Origin: an uncultured delta proteobacterium
Lineage (GTDB): Bacteria; Myxococcota; Kuafuiibacteriia; Kuafuiibacteriales; Kuafuiibacteriaceae
Assembly (NCBI GenBank): GCA_963803435.1
Contig: CAWDML010000001.1
Span: forward strand, 2,560,001 to 2,624,000
DNA: 64,000 nucleotides
Direction: 5' to 3'
Under the pieces are notes generated by a model that did not search any database, was not told the DNA's origin, and saw only the letters and a list, made by a program, of their open reading frames with translations. Below, piece by piece: positions 28,423-40,721 of this stretch (the first letter of the stretch is position 1; each line of letters opens with the position of its first letter). The position numbers and the translations under genes are program-made.

Positions 28423-31350
28423 TCAATCGCGGACGGTCAGATAGCCGCCCTGTGTGTTCGTGAACGGGGTACCGGCGGCGCGAACCAGCTCGTTGGGGAG
28501 GGTCCAAGTCTGGCCGGCCGGATTGATCAGCGTGATGCGATAGAGCCCGTTCGGCGGAATGATCGGCGTGCCCGGCGCGGCGGCGCGCACGGCCTGGGGC
28601 GGGAAGACGACCGTGGCCGTCGTCGCCGGTACCACGGCCTCGACCTGCAGCGGATCGTTCGCCGGGAAGCCGAGCGGCGCGAACTGTCCCGGGTTGATGA
28701 TGCCGGGGATACGGACGCCGTCGGGCGACAGCGCCAGGTGATCCGGATCCTCGGGATCGAGGAGCTCCGCGATCACGATGGGATAGACGTCCGGATTGCC
28801 GTCGCCGTTGATGTCGTCGCCGACGCCATCTCGATCGAGATCCACCCACTGGATGGGGAAGATGCCGTTCGTGGTGACGATGTCGGTGGTCTCGCGGAGC
28901 GCGTTGACGGAGACGCTGACCGGCCCCGCCGAGGGATCGAGGACCGGCAGAGGTGTCGGGATCCAGAACGAGGGGCGATCCGTCGGGAGCACCAGCGCAT
29001 CCACGATGCTGACCTCCTTGTTCGCCAGCGGTGCGCCGAGCGCGTTGACGTCGAGATCCTTCAGCGCCCCGGTCGCCAGATCGAGATAGCCGCCCCCGAC
29101 GTCGCCGCCGTCGGGTTGATTCATGGTGTCGAACCAGGGGACGAAGTCGTCGTTGCTGTCGAGGAAGGCGCGCACCTGATACGTCCCGGTCGCCAGCCCA
29201 CCCAGGGCGTAGGCGGCGACCCCGCCGCTGAACTGGGCCTTGGAGACGACCGCAGTGGCGACGGGACGGCCCGCGCCGAGCGGTGGCGGCGGGCGATCGC
29301 TCGCGAACGCGAACACCACCACCTGGTAGTCGCCCGCAGGCTCGGCGACCAAGAGGCGCACCGTCCCGGTGATCGCGCCGCCGGGCACGGGTGTGTCGTC
29401 GATCGTGACGATGGCGGACTGCGTCGGATCCTCGCGCGGGCCTCCCGCCCGGCCGAGCGCGAGATCGAGCGCATTCGGCACTGACCACGTCTGCCCGGAG
29501 GCGGACAGCACGTTGACGCGGTACCGGCCGGCCGGCGGCGGTGAGAGACGCTCGGTCCCGGCCAGCGCCACCGGCGGCAGGATGATCCGCAAATGATCGG
29601 CCGGCACGAACGGCGTGCCCCCGCCGAGCGCCGCCAGGTAGGGCAGCGGGTCGACGATGCCTGGGATGATCACGCCCGTGTCGGGCGCAATGCGCGCATC
29701 GCCCTCGCTCGCGATCTGGGTGAGGATCACGCGCGGATAGAGATCCGGCAGGTTGTCGCCCTCGAGGTCGGTGCCGGCCAGCGCCACCGGCACGCGCGCC
29801 GACTCGAGCGTGATCCCGAGGGCGTCGATCGCGTGGGCGTCCGTCTCGATGATCGCCGGGAACCCGGTCCGAGGGATCACCCCGGCGCTGTGTGAGAAGG
29901 CCGGCCGATCAAAGGGAAACGGCGAGGCCAGCTCGACGACGACACCGCCCGTGTCCCCACCCGAGACGGTCACCGGTGATGGCGCTCGACCGCCCACGTC
30001 GCCCGCGCTCGGCTGCGAGAAGAGATCGGCGAGCGGCGACAGATCGCCGTCGGCGTCGAGGATGCCGATCACCAGATAGACGCCGTCGGGCAGGCCACGG
30101 ATCGCGAAGCTGCCCTCGCGCTCGGCGCCGTTCATCGCCAGCGCGCCGCGCGGGACCGTCGTGAACCCGCGCGGGCGTCCGGAGCCGGCGGGCGGCGGGG
30201 GATCCGTCGCGTCGAACGCGATCACGTCGACGTCGCCCTGGGCATCGGCGGCGGTCCGCACGGTGCCGGAGATCGCGCCCGCCGGAAGCGCCGAGCCCTC
30301 GCTCATCGTCACGATCTGCGCCTGCGTCGGATCGGGCGGGTCGTCCGGCTGGAGCCGCGCGAGGTCGTTCGGCACCTGCCAGGTCTGCCCGGTGCCGGAG
30401 ATGACGATCGTCTCGTACTCGCCGGGCGGAATGGCGGGAAGCAGCGTGTCGGTCGCTCCGCGCTCGACCGCGACCGGCGGGATGATCAGCTCCAGCGTGG
30501 AGGTCGGTACGTACGGCGCGGTCGAGAGCGCGTCGAGGAACGGCAGCGGGTTGATGATGGCCGGGATCAGGATCGAGGTCTGGTCCGCCGTGCGCCCGCG
30601 CTGGCGCAGCACCACCCGGGGATAGACATCGGGCAGATGATCACCGTTCTGATCGTCGGGCACGCCGTCGCCGTTCTCGTCGACGTACGACACCAGGAAG
30701 CGGGTGCAGGCCGGCGACATATGGATGTCGGTGGTGTCGATGGCGTGCGCCTCGATCACCAGCGTCTCGGGCGCCGCGAAGGGTACCGTGAAGCCGGGCG
30801 TGCTGGTGATCGCGAACGCCGGTCGCTCGGCCGGGATCGGCAGCGCCAGCGTCACCGTCACCTGCGGCGTCACGCGATCCTGGGCGACCTCCACGGTCAG
30901 GATCTCGCGGGTGGTGGGATCGACGTGCGCGCCCCCCACGTCGCCGGCGGTCGGTTGCGCCAACAGATCGATGGTGGGCCTGAAGTCCTTGTCGGCGTCG
31001 AGGAACCCGCGCACGGTGTAGCGCCCGCTCGGCACCGTCGGGATCACGAAGGGCGCGGCGAATAGCCCGCCGCCTTGGCTCCCCTCGCGAAAGAGGCGGC
31101 TCTCCGGGACGACGATGAAGTTGACCGGGCTCCCGGTCCCCTCCGGCGGCGGCGGATCGTCCTCCCTGAAGAGCAGGATCACCGCGTTGCCACCGGCGGC
31201 CACCGGCGTGCACGCGTCACCGGTGGAGGCGCCCGACGACTGAAAGAGCACCGTCCCGGTGATGATGCCGGTGTGCGGCTCGTACTCGGTGACCGCGAGC
31301 TTCCCGCACGCCGCCGACAGCGCGATTGCTCCGAGCATCCAGGTGCGCAT
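28423..31350 (-). CDS. Lipoprotein of three ~320-aa tandem repeats with DxDxDG Ca-binding-like loops
   Basis: Lipobox LSAAC; three copies of GxITGTV..PPPxGxGxP..LDxDxDF..QPxxGDVGG..PDxYP..GQTWxxPN; overlaps the TBDR stop by 1 nt. Confidence 0.85.
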   Translation of the reverse strand: MRTWMLGAIALSAACGKLAVTEYEPHTGIITGTVLFQSSGASTGDACTPVAAGGNAVILLFREDDPPPPEGTGSPVNFIVVPESRLFREGSQGGGLFAAPFVIPTVPSGRYTVRGFLDADKDFRPTIDLLAQPTAGDVGGAHVDPTTREILTVEVAQDRVTPQVTVTLALPIPAERPAFAITSTPGFTVPFAAPETLVIEAHAIDTTDIHMSPACTRFLVSYVDENGDGVPDDQNGDHLPDVYPRVVLRQRGRTADQTSILIPAIINPLPFLDALSTAPYVPTSTLELIIPPVAVERGATDTLLPAIPPGEYETIVISGTGQTWQVPNDLARLQPDDPPDPTQAQIVTMSEGSALPAGAISGTVRTAADAQGDVDVIAFDATDPPPPAGSGRPRGFTTVPRGALAMNGAEREGSFAIRGLPDGVYLVIGILDADGDLSPLADLFSQPSAGDVGGRAPSPVTVSGGDTGGVVVELASPFPFDRPAFSHSAGVIPRTGFPAIIETDAHAIDALGITLESARVPVALAGTDLEGDNLPDLYPRVILTQIASEGDARIAPDTGVIIPGIVDPLPYLAALGGGTPFVPADHLRIILPPVALAGTERLSPPPAGRYRVNVLSASGQTWSVPNALDLALGRAGGPREDPTQSAIVTIDDTPVPGGAITGTVRLLVAEPAGDYQVVVFAFASDRPPPPLGAGRPVATAVVSKAQFSGGVAAYALGGLATGTYQVRAFLDSNDDFVPWFDTMNQPDGGDVGGGYLDLATGALKDLDVNALGAPLANKEVSIVDALVLPTDRPSFWIPTPLPVLDPSAGPVSVSVNALRETTDIVTTNGIFPIQWVDLDRDGVGDDINGDGNPDVYPIVIAELLDPEDPDHLALSPDGVRIPGIINPGQFAPLGFPANDPLQVEAVVPATTATVVFPPQAVRAAAPGTPIIPPNGLYRITLINPAGQTWTLPNELVRAAGTPFTNTQGGYLTVRD

Positions 31351-34185
31351 CAGAACCTCCCCGTCACGCCGCCGAGCACGCGGGCCTCGACGCGGTTGGC
31401 GAACGGATGCTCGCGGTGGCGGTTGTTGCCGAAGTCGAGAAGGTTCGTGCCCGAGACCCCGAGCTCGATGTGGTCGTCGAACAGCCGATAGCCGATCCGC
31501 CCGATCATCACGACCGACGGCGACACGTGACAGTCCGTGTTGGGCGGGCAGGTGAGGAAGTTCGTCGGGTTCGAGGGATCGAAGGTCGGCTCGATCCAGT
31601 CCTGGTCGGAGACGAAGTGCGCGGACAGCGCGACGTCGAGCCCGAACGCCGTCCGCAGGATCCCCCAGCCGCTGATCTTGTGCATCGGCGAGTCCGTGAA
31701 GCGCTCGCCGGTGTCCTGATCGAAGATGTACTGGAACGCGTAGCTCACGCCCACGTCGAGGCCGTCGATCGGATAGACGCGCGCCGCGATCTCCGTCCCC
31801 ACCGCCAGGTACTTCCTCGACTCGTTGGTGTAGAACGACTTGGCGCCCACGAACGCGCCCAGGTCCTCCTGGAAGCCCTCCTCCGGCCCCGTCGGCACCA
31901 CCGGCCCCAGCGTGATGAGGTTCGAGATCCGGTTGAAGTAGGCGTCGACCTCGAAGTCGCCGAACTCCGGGCTCCAGCGGTAGCCCAGATCGACGGTCTC
32001 GATCCGCTCGGGCTCCAGGTCCTGGCTACCCTCGAGCGTCAGCGCCACTCCGGCCACCGGCGAGCTCGCCGAGAGGTCGAGGTAGGTCTCGGAGAGCGTG
32101 GGCTGGCGGAACGCGGTACCCGCCGAGATCCGGATCGCCTGCTCCTTGGAGAGCTTGAACACCAGCGCCGCGCGAGGCGAGAAGAGCGGTCCGATAATCG
32201 GGTGCAGATCGAGGCGGGCCGAGAAGATCACCGTGAAGAACTCGATCGGCGTCCACGAGTCCTGGAGAAACACGGCGAAGTGGTTCTCGTTCTGGGTGCC
32301 GATCAGATAGTCCCACTCGATCCGCTTGAAGCGGTACTCGCCGCCGAGGACCAGCTGGTGCTTGCCGAGCAGCTCGAACTCGGGGCGGAACACCGGCTCG
32401 AAGCTGACCAGGTCGGACAAGACGTGCGACCCCAGATCGGGGAGACCGGTGCGGAAGAACTGCGGCGTGGACTCGGCGTCCGTGCGGTTCCAGAAGGCGC
32501 GCACCGCCAGAAGGTCGCTGCCGTAGCCGGCGCGCACGTTGTACTCACGGCTGTCGACGGCCTGGTTCCTCAGCGCGGCCACGCCGTAGATCTCGTTGAA
32601 GCCGCTGCGCGCGCCGCCGCCCAGGTAGATGCGCCCGAGATCGCCCTCGAAGTTGTACTCGGCCTCGCCGTCGACGCGGAGCATCTCGAGCGATTTGTTC
32701 GGGTCGTCGACGTTGGTGGTGTAGTCGACGCGACCGGGGTCGAACTCGAGCTCGTACTTGTCCGCACGATCGTACCCGAGGCTGATCCGGTAGCCGACCG
32801 GACCACGCCGCTCGCCGTACTGATAGGCGGCCTCGACCCGCCCGCCGTTGCCGCCCGCGGCCTCGGCGGTCGAGCCCTTCAGCTCCTCGGGGCGCTTCGT
32901 GATGATGTTGACCATCCCGGTGTACGCATACGCGCCGTAGATCGCGGAGCCCGGCCCGCGCACCACCTCGATGCGCTCGATGTCGTCGAGCCCGATCATG
33001 AGGGCCCGCCAGAGCATGCCGCCCAGAAAGTCCTGATAGACCGTGCGGCCGTCGACCAGCACCAGCACCTTGTTGGCGATGCGCCGGTTGAAGCCGCGGA
33101 CCGCGACGTTGTAGTCCGAGTACGACATCTGGATCACGTCCACGCCGGGGACACGCCGGAGGAGATCGGGAATGCTGCGGGCGCCCGAGAGTCGGATGTC
33201 CTCCTCGGTGAGGATGGTGACGGCGGCCGGCGAGACCAGCGGATTCTCCGCGCGCCGCGACGCGGTGACCACCACCGGCTCGTACACCTCCCCGGTCTTG
33301 GCCGGCAGCTGCACGTCGGCGCCCGCGATCCCGATCGAAGCGGTCGCCACCTCCACCTCGGCCGTGACCTCGGACCCGCCGGTCGGCTCCGGAGGCTCGG
33401 CGAGCTCCGGTGGTGGCGGTGGCGGCGGCGCGGGGAACGCACCTTCGGCCTTGAGCTTGTCGATGAGCAGCGAGGCCAGCCGATCGAGTTGCTCGTCGTC
33501 CAGCTTCTGCGATCCGACCTCGGCCGGCGGCTCCTTGCCGTGCCGCTTGCGGTCCGGCGGGCGGCGGCGGCGGCGCCTTCTTCTTCACGACCGCGACGGT
33601 ACGGCTCCGCTCGTCGAGCCTCCGCCTCAAGCGCCGGATGCGGCTCTGCACCTTCGACGCGTCCCGGGGGCTCGACTGCAGATACGCGCGATAGGTCTCG
33701 ATCGCGCGCTCGAGATCGCCCGAGTCCTCGTAGGCGCGACCGATGTTGAAGAGGATGTTCGGGTGCGGGCGCTGCTCGTAGGCCTGCCGGAGATAGCCGA
33801 TGCCCTCCTCGTACCGCTTGCGCTTGATCTCGGACATGCCGTGATCGACCAGGCTGCGGAGCTGCTGTCGCGTCCGGAGCTCGTCGAGCGTCGACTTCAC
33901 CCGTGCCCGGTCCGGCGGATCGGTCGCCTGGTAGCGCTCGAAGTAGTCGATCGCCGTGTCGTAGTCTCCGAGCGAGGCGTAGGCCCGGGCGATGTTGAAG
34001 AGCACGTTCCGGTGCGGTCGGATCTCGTACGCCTTCTGGAGCTGGTCGATCCCGTCGCGGTATTGACCGCCGTCGATCAGCTCCATCCCGCGGATGAAGT
34101 AGCGTCGGGCCTCCGCCTTGGAGTCGGCACGAGCCTCTCGCGCGGCGCAAAGCGTGAACAGCAGGATGAGGATCGCGCGCCGCAT
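31350..34185 (-). CDS. TonB-dependent receptor with N-terminal TPR domain and Pro-rich linker; frameshift at ~33561
   Basis: Signal peptide, two TPR blocks, plug (VVTASR..DLLRRVPGV..VRGF..VLVLVDG..IERIEVVRGPGSAIYG), C-terminal Phe; frames join in a CCG tract. Confidence 0.88.
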
Positions 34186-34199
34186 GCGAAGTGGGGACG

Positions 34200-35957
34200 T
34201 TAGTACGGATTCTCTTTGTAGTCTTCCGGGCCCTGGTCGTCCGTCTTCGGACGCATGCGAACGCTGATGTCGATGCTCGCGCTGTCGAGGGCCGCCTCGT
34301 GGACCTCGTCGTGATGACCCATCAGCTTGAGCACGAATTGCTCCGGAGGTTCGCCGGGCAGCGCACGGGGAAGGTTCACTGTCAGCGGCGTGTGGCCGAG
34401 CGAGACACCATCCTGGAACACTTCGGCGCCCGGGGGCATCGAGGTAAAGCGCACTCGAGCCTTCTCCGGAACCGGATCCGCCTGGACCAGCGGCGGGGGG
34501 GCGGCGACGGTGGGGGTGGGCGCGGGACGGGACATCACGTACGCGAGCACGCCGAGCACCAGCACGAGCGCGCTTCCCGCGACCAGCGGCGCCATGCGCG
34601 CCAACCCTGCGCCCGAGCCCCGGACCAGCCGTGCCTGCTGCATCACGCTGTTGGTCGGGTTCGCGTCCTCGTGGAGCGCGCCGTCCACGAAGGCCGCCTC
34701 GCGCGGAACCTCGGTGGCGCGCACGCGCGCATGGGTCTGCGGGCGGGAGACCGACAGCGAGATGTCGTCGGTCGAGGCCGCTCCGGACACCGAGACGTCG
34801 GGCCCGCGCAGCTTCAACCCGAGGCCGGTCTCGCTCGCGTTGCTGACCCCGGTGAGGAGCTTGCGAACATCCTTGAGCCGGACCAGCAGCTCGGCCATCG
34901 ACTCGTAGCGCTCCTCGCGCCGCTTCGCCAGGCACTTGCGGATCGCCTCCTCCAGCTCGTGCGGGACGATCACGCCCGGCGCCGCCTCGGACATCGGCGG
35001 CACCGGATGGTTCACGTGCTTGTAGATCACCTCGACGCTGGTGGCGCCGGTGAACGGCGGCTTCGCCGTACACATCTGGTACATGAGCACGCCCAGCGAG
35101 TAGACGTCCGTGCGCGGATCGAGCGGGATGGCCTGGATCTGCTCGGGCGACATGTACTTCGGCGATCCGAGGAACATGCCGGCCTTGGTGAGCTCGCCCT
35201 CGGAGGTGGGGCCCGGCGTCAGCGGCTCCACGGCGGACTGCGATCGCCCCAGCTCGGCGGGGATGAAGAGCTTCACCAGGCCGAAGTCGAGCACCTTCAC
35301 GAAGTCGGCGTCGTCGCCCTCCTCGAGCAGGAGGATGTTTCCAGGCTTGAGATCGCGATGGATGATGCCCTTGCTGTGCGCCTCCCGGAGCGCCCGACAG
35401 ATCTGCATCGCGATGTGCATCGTGCGCTCGGCGCCGAACGGTCCCTCGGCCGTGATCACCTTCGAGAGCGGACGGCCCTTGAGGTACTCCATCGCGATGA
35501 AGAGCTCGCCCGACTCGGCCTCGCCGTAGTCGAAGACCGTGATCGTGTTCGGATGCGTGAGGCGGGCGGCGGACGCGGCCTCGAGGAAGAAGCGGCGGAC
35601 GAACTGCGGATCCTTCCGCTGGAACTCCGGGTTGAGGATCTTGACGGCCACCGGCCGATTCAGCGGGAACTGGGTGGCTCGGTAGACGCGCCCCATGCCG
35701 CCCTTGCCCACCAGCTTGTCGAGTCGATAGCGGCCGACCAGCGTCTCACCGAGCCGCGGATCTTGGGCCACCTCCACCGCCGACTCGTCCTCCGGTCGCT
35801 CCGACAACACCTCCGCGCGCGACACGCGCACCGCGGAGCTGGAGTCGTCACCGATCATGTCGATCGGGAGGGAATCTCCGCTCGCAGCGCCCGATGGGCT
35901 CGTGTCCTCTTCCTCCATCGGCGCCCGCGGCGGGGGAATTTTGTCCTTGGGGTGCAT
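34200..35957 (-). CDS. Hanks-type Ser/Thr kinase with TM helix and C-terminal PEGA-like domain
   Basis: GKGGMG, VAVK, HRDLKPGN, DFG, YMSPE; TM VAGSALVLVLGVLAYV; FTSMPPGAEVFQDGVSLGHTP. Confidence 0.93.
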   Translation of the reverse strand: MHPKDKIPPPRAPMEEEDTSPSGAASGDSLPIDMIGDDSSSAVRVSRAEVLSERPEDESAVEVAQDPRLGETLVGRYRLDKLVGKGGMGRVYRATQFPLNRPVAVKILNPEFQRKDPQFVRRFFLEAASAARLTHPNTITVFDYGEAESGELFIAMEYLKGRPLSKVITAEGPFGAERTMHIAMQICRALREAHSKGIIHRDLKPGNILLLEEGDDADFVKVLDFGLVKLFIPAELGRSQSAVEPLTPGPTSEGELTKAGMFLGSPKYMSPEQIQAIPLDPRTDVYSLGVLMYQMCTAKPPFTGATSVEVIYKHVNHPVPPMSEAAPGVIVPHELEEAIRKCLAKRREERYESMAELLVRLKDVRKLLTGVSNASETGLGLKLRGPDVSVSGAASTDDISLSVSRPQTHARVRATEVPREAAFVDGALHEDANPTNSVMQQARLVRGSGAGLARMAPLVAGSALVLVLGVLAYVMSRPAPTPTVAAPPPLVQADPVPEKARVRFTSMPPGAEVFQDGVSLGHTPLTVNLPRALPGEPPEQFVLKLMGHHDEVHEAALDSASIDISVRMRPKTDDQGPEDYKENPY

Positions 35958-36041
35958 GAGGGTGCACGTAGGCGTAATCCCACTAATTGCACGGTTCGGG
36001 CGAGGACTGCAAATCCCAATTCGGGTAGGCCGGAGTGAGCG

Positions 36042-37856
<1,815 letters not shown>

Positions 37857-37860
<4 letters not shown>

Positions 37861-38873
37861 CCAAGAAGAAGAGCGCGAAGCTGCAGCTCCGCTATTCGCC
37901 CTCGGTCCGCCTCACCGAGGTGCGGAACCTGCTCAACTCCACCGGCGGCTGCAGCGTCTACGACATCGCAGGAGCGCCTCGGCGTCAGCGTGCGCACGGC
38001 CCATCGCTACCTCCGGGCGCTCGAGGAGGCGGGCGAGCAGCTCTACGACGAGATGGAGGGCCACCGGAAGGTCTGGCGCCTGATGCCGAGCGCGCGCCGC
38101 AGCACCATCCGACTCACCACCAGCCAGATGGTGTCGCTGTACCTCTCGCGGCGCGTCTTCGACTTCCTCGAGGGCACCGGCTTCAAGGAGGACCTCGAGG
38201 AGATCTTCGCGGAGCCTCGAGATCATGCTCAAGAAGAAGGACTTCGTGGCCGCGCGGAACCTGGATCGCAAGCTCTTCGACGTGAACGAGGCGCCCTATC
38301 AGTATCAGGGCCGGCTCGACGACGTGAACGACATCGTCACCGCGCTGGTGCGGAACGAGCGGCTCAGCGTCTCCCACAACAGCGTCTCGAAGAGCCGCAA
38401 GGAGTTCGTCGTCGATCCCTACACGCTGCTCGTCTACAAGAAGGGGCTCTACCTCCACGGCTACAGCCACCATCACGAGAGCCAGCGGACCTTCGCGCTG
38501 GACGGCTTCACGCAGATCGACTGGAGAAAGGGTGACGCGTTCGAGTATCCGAAGGACTACCAGCCGTCGAAGGAGTTCCGCGGACACTTCGGGTTGTTCA
38601 AGGGCCCCAAGACGAAGGTACGGATCTTCTTCGACGAGAAGGTGAAGCGCTTCGTGATGCGGAGGAAGTGGCATCCGAAGCAGCAGATCAAATCGGTCAG
38701 CGGCGGCGTGGAGTTCTCCACGGAGGTCGAGGGGACGACCGAGCTCGAGAGCTGGGTGCTCAGCTTCGGCGACAAGGCGGAGGTCCTCGAGCCGGCCTCG
38801 CTGCGCGAGTCGAATCGCGCGCCAGCTGGCGCAGGCCAAGGAGAGGTACGACGCGCGGCCTCAGAGATCGTAG
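37857..38873 (+). CDS. HTH-WYL-WCX transcriptional regulator (PafBC/DriD-like), frameshifted
   Basis: GTGA overlap with ggt; HTH (VSVRTAHRYLRALE), DPYTLLVYKKGLYLHG..RTFALD, HPKQ, ELESWVLSFGDKAEVLEPASLR; shifts at ~37978, ~38215, ~38812. Confidence 0.85.
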
Positions 38874-40633
38874 GCGAAGCCGAGCCACATGCGCGCCAGG
38901 ATCGAGTCGCCGATGCCGGTGATCGGGACGTAGACGCCGCCCCCCAGCTCGAACCCGGTCAGCCTGACCACGAGATAGAGCCCGAGGTCGACCGCGTGCG
39001 GTGAGCTGTCGCGGCGCTCCTCGAACAGCATGACGTCCTCCGTCGAGCTCCCTGCGTCCGGCGCGATCAGCCGTGAGAACTTGCGGAAGACGTACAGCCC
39101 CTCGCCACCAAGCGCGTACTCGAGCGCCTGCCCGGTCAGCCCGACCTCGGCGGCGAGCGCGGCCGGGATCTCGAAGACCGCGGGGCCGGTGCCCGAGCCA
39201 GGGTAGTACAGGAAGCCGGCCCGCAGGTTGCCGCGGAAGAACCAGCCGTTCTCGGCGGACGCGCGGTTGGTCGGCCACTGCAAATCGAACAGCCCGCCAT
39301 AGCCGATCAGACGGTCCACGCAGGTGCTCTGCGAGCCGCTCTTCTCGGCGTGGAGACAGAGGATCCCGAGCATCGCCTGGCCGCCGACGCGAAGGCCGAT
39401 CCCGGGTGGGGCTGTCTCGCGCGCGGTGGTCGGCTCACCTCCGCCGCTCTCCGCTACGTAGGACTTCCTCAGCTGGGCCTCGATCGCGATCGTCTGGCGC
39501 TCGGCGACGGAGATCGGCCCTTCCCATCCACCCACCCCTTCGCTGACGACGCGGAGCGATCGCGCGCAGACGTTCACCTTGATCAGGTCCGGCGCGCGTC
39601 CTGCCAGCTTGCCGTCGACATAGACGTCCGCGTGGGCCGCGTTGCCGTCCTCGTCGACCGCCGAGACGTCGATCGCGCCCTCCCGCGGGACGGCCTCGAT
39701 GTCGATCGACTCGCCGTGCCCACGCACCACGGTCACGCGCTTGCGGCTGGGAAAGTAGCAGTCGTCCGCGAGCTCGATCAGGTGCTCGCCCGGCTCGAGA
39801 TCCGGGGTGAGCGGCGTGCGCCCAGCCTCGCGCCCGTCGATGCGAATCGCGAGCTCGGCGGGCTCCGAGCGGACCTCGAGCTGGGAGAAGTTGGGCTCGA
39901 GCGCCCACGCGATCTCGCTGCCGTCCTCGACGTAGACCTCCTCGGTCCGCGACGAGTAGCGCTCCTTCTGCATCGAGATCACATGCTTGCCCAGAGAGAG
40001 CGTCCGGCGGCACCCGGCGGAGGAGTCCTGACACGCGAGCTCACCGTCGATCTGGACCAGCGCGCCCGGAGGCTCGGAGCGGAAGGACGCGATCACGCGC
40101 TTCTTGGCACCCGGGTCCCACCGATCGGGGCCGGCGGCCTCGAGCTCGGACTGCGCGCGGTCGGCCTTCAACCGGATCGCGACCTTCTCCAGGGTGAGCG
40201 CCAGCGACTCCTCGGTACAGTCACCCTTGGCGTGCTCGGCGCGATCGGTGGTCTCGGTACGGAGGTCGAACAGCGTGGAGGTGACGATGCACTGCGCACC
40301 CACCTGGATGATCTTGGTGGTGACCAGCTTTGAGGCGGACACCGCCTTGCCGATCTCGATCTGACACGCTTCGTCGAAGCACTCCTGATAGGTGGCCCGC
40401 TTCGCGTCCACCATCGCGCGGCGGAGCCCGCTCTGCGGAACGACCTTGAAGGCCCCGCCCTCGGCCAGGAAGTTCTCCAGCAGATCCGTGAGAGCGGTGA
40501 GCTTTCCTTCCGGGAGCTTGGCCGGTGAGATCCGCAGGTCCTGGACCTCGAAGACCGCGACCACCGGCGCCTCGGAGGCGACCGCGGCCGGGCCCCACAA
40601 CGTCAGTGCGGAGGCGAGCAAGAGCGCGCGCAC
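38861..40633 (-). CDS. Secreted PEGA-domain protein with N-terminal CsgG/TolB-N-like domain and C-terminal beta-rich region
   Basis: Signal peptide; VAVFEV..CFDEACQIEIGK; SEPPGALVQIDG, SEPAELAIRIDG..GRTP, ADVYVDG. Confidence 0.8.
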   Translation of the reverse strand: MRALLLASALTLWGPAAVASEAPVVAVFEVQDLRISPAKLPEGKLTALTDLLENFLAEGGAFKVVPQSGLRRAMVDAKRATYQECFDEACQIEIGKAVSASKLVTTKIIQVGAQCIVTSTLFDLRTETTDRAEHAKGDCTEESLALTLEKVAIRLKADRAQSELEAAGPDRWDPGAKKRVIASFRSEPPGALVQIDGELACQDSSAGCRRTLSLGKHVISMQKERYSSRTEEVYVEDGSEIAWALEPNFSQLEVRSEPAELAIRIDGREAGRTPLTPDLEPGEHLIELADDCYFPSRKRVTVVRGHGESIDIEAVPREGAIDVSAVDEDGNAAHADVYVDGKLAGRAPDLIKVNVCARSLRVVSEGVGGWEGPISVAERQTIAIEAQLRKSYVAESGGGEPTTARETAPPGIGLRVGGQAMLGILCLHAEKSGSQSTCVDRLIGYGGLFDLQWPTNRASAENGWFFRGNLRAGFLYYPGSGTGPAVFEIPAALAAEVGLTGQALEYALGGEGLYVFRKFSRLIAPDAGSSTEDVMLFEERRDSSPHAVDLGLYLVVRLTGFELGGGVYVPITGIGDSILARMWLGFAYDL

Positions 40634-40721
40634 GGCGCGGATGGTACGGACTTCCACCCGGTTTGTCTGTGCGATCCACTCAAGGCCGACCTCATTTGAT
40701 CCGATCCACCGATCGGCCCTG

